DNA of 64,000 nucleotides from Octopus sinensis (taxonomy: Eukaryota). Positions 59,944-64,000 of the stretch are shown here, piece after piece. The stretch covers positions 248,001-312,000 of the forward strand of contig NC_043017.1 of NCBI RefSeq assembly GCF_006345805.1, in the 5' to 3' direction. The first letter of the stretch is position 1. The number at the start of each line of letters is the position of its first letter. The translations under genes and the position numbers were made by a program. The notes under the pieces are model-generated. The model had not been told where the DNA came from, made no database searches, and was given only the letters and a program-made list of their open reading frames with translations.

Positions 59944-60206
59944 TCTTCATTCCAGCTTTATCATTATTATTTTCCTTTTAGTGTCCTTTGTCTGAAATCT
60001 TTAGTCACACATCCTCTGACCTCTTCAGCAGCTCTCCATCCCGCGTGTCTCCCCCAGTCCTGTTCAGTTCATTCTGTCTTATGGACTAAACAGGGCTGGA
60101 GGAGACATGTAGGATGGAGAGGCGCTGAATAGGTCAGAAGATGTGTGACTAAAGATTTCAGACAAAGGGAAGTAAAACAAGAATAATGATAAAGCTGAAG
60201 TGAAGA
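59944..60206. repeat. Foldback palindrome with ~125-bp arms and a ~10-nt loop
   Basis: CTTTGTCTGAAATCTTTAGTCACACATC...CCTGTTCAGTTC is mirrored at 60082-60170; the outer arms are weaker. Confidence 0.88.
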
Positions 60207-60239
60207 ACAAATATATAGTGCGTGTGGTTATTTGGTAAC

Positions 60240-60532
60240 AAAAAAAACCCAACCCGACCAGCGCCACCCCGACTGGCCTCCGTGCCGGTGGCACGTAAAA
60301 AGCACCATCCGATTGTGGCTGTTGCCAGCCTCGTCTGGCACCTGTGCAGGTGGCACATAAAAAGCACCCACTACACCCTCGGAGTGGTTGGCGTTAGGAA
60401 GGGCATCCAGCTGTAGAAACACTGCCAGATCAGACTGGGCCTGGCGCAGCCTTCTGGCTTCCCAGACCCCAGTTGAACCGTCCAACCCATTCTAGCATGG
60501 AAAACGGACGTTAAACGATGATGATGATGATG
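60240..60532 (+). mobile_element. SINE-like family B with (GAT)n tail
   Basis: Homology to 855-1083; ends GGACGTTAAACGATGATGATG. Confidence 0.75.
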
Positions 60533-60549
60533 ATATATATATATATATA

Positions 60550-60725
60550 GGGAGAATTCACAAAAAAAAAAAGCAAACAAAAGACAAAGACAGGTGATGA
60601 TGTATTAGTATAACGCTCGGGAAGTGAAAAAAGTCTTTAACGTTTCGAGCCTCCGCTCTTTAACAGAAAGGAACACAGAAAGAAACAAGGAGAGAAAATA
60701 AAGAATGTGTAGTGGCTGGCGATCT
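60550..60725 (-). mobile_element. Solo PLE pseudo-LTR, related subfamily, with a degenerate hammerhead motif (60634-60671)
   Basis: CTTT-CTGTTAA-A-GAGC-GGAG-GCTC-GAAACGT-T-AAAG, with the same GATCGCC 5' boundary as the other copies. Confidence 0.75.
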
Positions 60726-62384
60726 CTATACACGTGTGTGTGTTTGTGTGTCCACACACATGTATATAAGTATGTATGTTCCTCTCATGTTAATCACTTC
60801 TTACATGAACACCTGCTTGATCGAGTTTGTGATGCAACAACGGAGTGTTGTTGATGCAATTTGATCTAAGAACTTTCAAGTGTTTCAACTGGCGGTCAGT
60901 GGTTCGGGAAACGTGAAATAACAGCTAAACATTTAGTCACTTTCTTTATCTTTTCCTTCAATTTACTCCATCAACTTCGTTTGGAAGCACAAAAAAAGAT
61001 GGAAATGAATATAAATGGGAGATAAAATAGAAAGAGAAAAAGAGAGAGATCAAGAAAAAGAAAAATCGAGAAAGGAGGAAAAAAAGTGGCAAGATAAATT
61101 GAAATAAAACTATGATATAAGGGAGGCAATTACAAAATTTTCTACACTGTATTCATAGTTATTTCCCTTTGACTTTTATGGACCGACTGTGATTGACCAC
61201 GCGATACGTTAAGTTGAGAAACCAAAAACGGAGAAACGTGGATTCCATCAGGTATTACACCACAAATATCTTTGTTAAAGATATGAATGTTTATTAATCT
61301 TACATTCTTATAAATTAAAAACTAAGCAAAAAAGGTTCCACATGCTTGAAAGAGATGTTTGGATTTTTAAACGTGAAACACACGCACACTCATTAACTTT
61401 CCTAGTAACCCCGTCCATCTGTCTGTCTGTCTCCGTCCGTCCGTCTGTCTGTCTGTCTCGCACGCATGGCTGCGTGGTAAGGAGCTTGCTTCCCAGCCAC
61501 ATAAAATATGAAATACGAAAACATGGAATACGAACTTTTTTTGCGAACAACACTGGAGTAGATAAAAACAGCCGACAACTGATGAAGGGTCGTTCTTTCT
61601 GTTACTTGCCTTGTTTTCCATTTGTTTCTTTCGTTGTTCGCGAAAAAGTTCACGTTCTATGTTTTCGTATTTAGTATTTCATGATGTTTTCGTATTTCAC
61701 GTTGTTTACGTTTTATGACATCCTGTACCCATATATGCATATGTATATACATGTATATGTATGTACATATATGTATGTATATATTCACACACATATATAT
61801 ATATACTATTGTGTCTGGGGAGAGTCATTATGATTTATCACACCGAGGAAAATAAAAATAAGAAATAAGTGGACATTTTACCGGTGAGTCTGTTAAATAA
61901 GGCACAAAAAGAAAATGATTCCCCCCCCCCAGATAACAAAATATGCTTCAACACACGAACTCACATAAAGAATCTTGCAAACCAAATCCCAAAACGAAAT
62001 ATATATATATATATTATTTATATTATTATATGATTGAACGCCACGCATCCATTTCACATAAACATATATATGTGTGTGTGTGTCCTTGTACATTAATGCA
62101 TCTATATACTTAAAATACACACACATACAGGCATTACAGATTTTCTCGTTCTGGGTCGCCCCTACCCCAAATAATGATACCCGACATTTCTTCCATGTCT
62201 GTTCACTTTTGCTATAATTTCAGGTTTACGTTTTAAAATGGCCACGTGACATTTTGTTTTTTTTAAATTTACCTCCAATTAATTGGTTCTACTTTAACAA
62301 TACACAAAATATTTGGATAATTTTTTTTAGACAATTCCTAATAATAATATATAGATATAAAAAAATACTTCTTTTTTGTACTTC

Positions 62385-62726
62385 TCTTTACTTGTTTCCG
62401 TCATTTGACTGTGGCCATGCTGGAGCACCGCCTTTAGTCGAGCAAATCGACCTCAGGACTTATTCTATTGGTCTATTTTGCCGAACAGCAAAGTTACGGG
62501 GACGCAAACACACCAGCATCGGTTGTCAAGCGATGTTGGGGGGGGGGGGCAAACACAGACATATATATACATACACATATATATATGACGGACTTCTTTT
62601 ATTTTCCGTCTACCAAATCTACTCACAAGGCTTTGGTCGGCCTTAGGCTATAGCAGAAAACACTTGCTCAAGGTGCCACGCAGTGGGACTGAACCCAGAA
62701 CCATGTGGCTGGTAAGCAAGCTACTT
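62385..62726 (-). mobile_element. SINE family A, head interrupted
   Basis: Homology to 34713-35112; the head is cut at GTAGCTTGCTTACC. Confidence 0.8.
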
Positions 62727-64000
62727 TATTTCATATAATTTGCCATTTAGGCATTTACAAAGAGGGGACAAACAAGGACAGACAAATATAAAGGGTGAAG
62801 TAGCTTAACACAGTTAAAATTTTCCAATGAAATTACGGATAACATTATAAACAATGAGTTTTACGAAGACAATGTTTAAAAATATTATTAATGATCATGT
62901 CGAAGGACGGACACCCAGCCATCCGGGTAGAACCTTTACTTTTTGATCCGGTCACACTTACCTAGTGCCAAACATACCCAACTTGCATGCCACAGGCTTC
63001 CATCTTTTCACAAACATATCTCGTGACAGACACCTCTTCTCCAGCCTGATTTTGCTACTGAGGTGGTAACTAAAAAAGTTAATCAACCCTGGCCGGAGAC
63101 AAAGGTGCCTGTCACTATACCTTTCGTACGCGTCTTCCATACTGTTTCTTTCAGTATGGCTACTACACAGAAAAAACAAGCCTTTCTTTCCCTGTTAAGG
63201 AAAGGAAGCGGCACAATCTCGATGATAGACTCAGCTGATAGCTGTACTCTTCCCATCACTGACAACAGTTGTTCGGCAAAATCTATCAGTCCCGATAACT
63301 CCGGACACTCCACGCATGCGTGCAAGACGGTCTCCCTATCCTGCTCACATCGCGGGCATGTCGGCGAGACGGCACTTCCGTGCCTTGTCAGCATTTCGCG
63401 AACAGGTAAAGCCGCACGGAAACACTGCCAGGCCAGGGATTTCTGGTAATTATCCAGATACCCCGGCCTGAACGTCCTCCGGAACAGGTTGACCAACTGA
63501 TTTTCATCGTAGCCCAGGGTCTCCCCCAAGGCGTCTTCGGACTTAACCTCCACTAACCCGCTATAGAAATCCGTGGTGGAACTCCTGTTGCCGGCGTTGC
63601 CCGCCCGAGAGAGCAGCTGGAGCGCCTGACGGCACTCCAAATGCCATTCACTCAGTTTAGGTCTCCGCTTGATCCATGCATCGATGTCCGTTAGGGATGT
63701 TAACTGGGGAAGGTAGAACCGGACGTGCGGTGACCACACCTGCTCTCCATCCAGGTAAAGCCAGAGGTGCCTCAACCTTAACGCGAGTTTTCGCATCCTC
63801 AGCCAAGGCATCACTAGCCCACCCTTTAGCGGTTTCTGGCAGCAGACAGAGCGCTTTACAAGTGTCTTTCCTCCTTTCCACAAAAATCGGAAAAGGATTC
63901 TCTCCAACTTGTTCAGCCACAAATCGGGGCAAGGCACCACGGTCAGACGGTAGGTGATTACTGATGCTATAAACATCTGCACCACCTCCGCCTTCCCTAG
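62725..64000 (-). mobile_element. L1/Tx1-clade LINE, ORF2 C-terminus and 3' UTR; continues beyond the window
   Basis: LFRFLWKGG, KGGLVMPWL, zf-RVT-like CPRCEQDRETVLHACVEC; frameshift near 63085; ends AAATAAA. Confidence 0.88.

Overview
Repeat-saturated eukaryotic DNA with no host gene that I can support. The (TA/TACATA/GATA)n tracts and SINE families look like an octopus genome; this is my inference from recognising the repeats, not a search result. There is a 100-N scaffold gap at 25090-25189. The transposon content is: six CR1-clade LINE copies or fragments (one near full length, with a Myb/SANT-like plus CCCH ORF1), two Neptune-type Penelope-like elements (PLEs), a 5'-inverted RTE, an L1/Tx1 3' end, two abutting non-autonomous Helitrons, Mutator-like and mariner MITEs, at least four SINE families, and a young non-autonomous gypsy-derived LTR element with one open 637-aa ORF. 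The most interesting signals are five: (1) minimal hammerhead ribozyme motifs in three PLE-type tail families, one fused to a tRNA-like Pol III head (a candidate PLE-mobilised SINE); (2) the LTR element whose ORF is open but keeps only non-catalytic RT remnants; (3) a ~60-bp minisatellite that appears to derive from a PLE endonuclease coding segment; (4) many unrelated long foldback hairpins; (5) a 3' motif shared by SINEs and CR1. Almost all long ORFs in the supplied track are microsatellite artefacts. Coordinates were read by eye and element edges may be off by a few bases.
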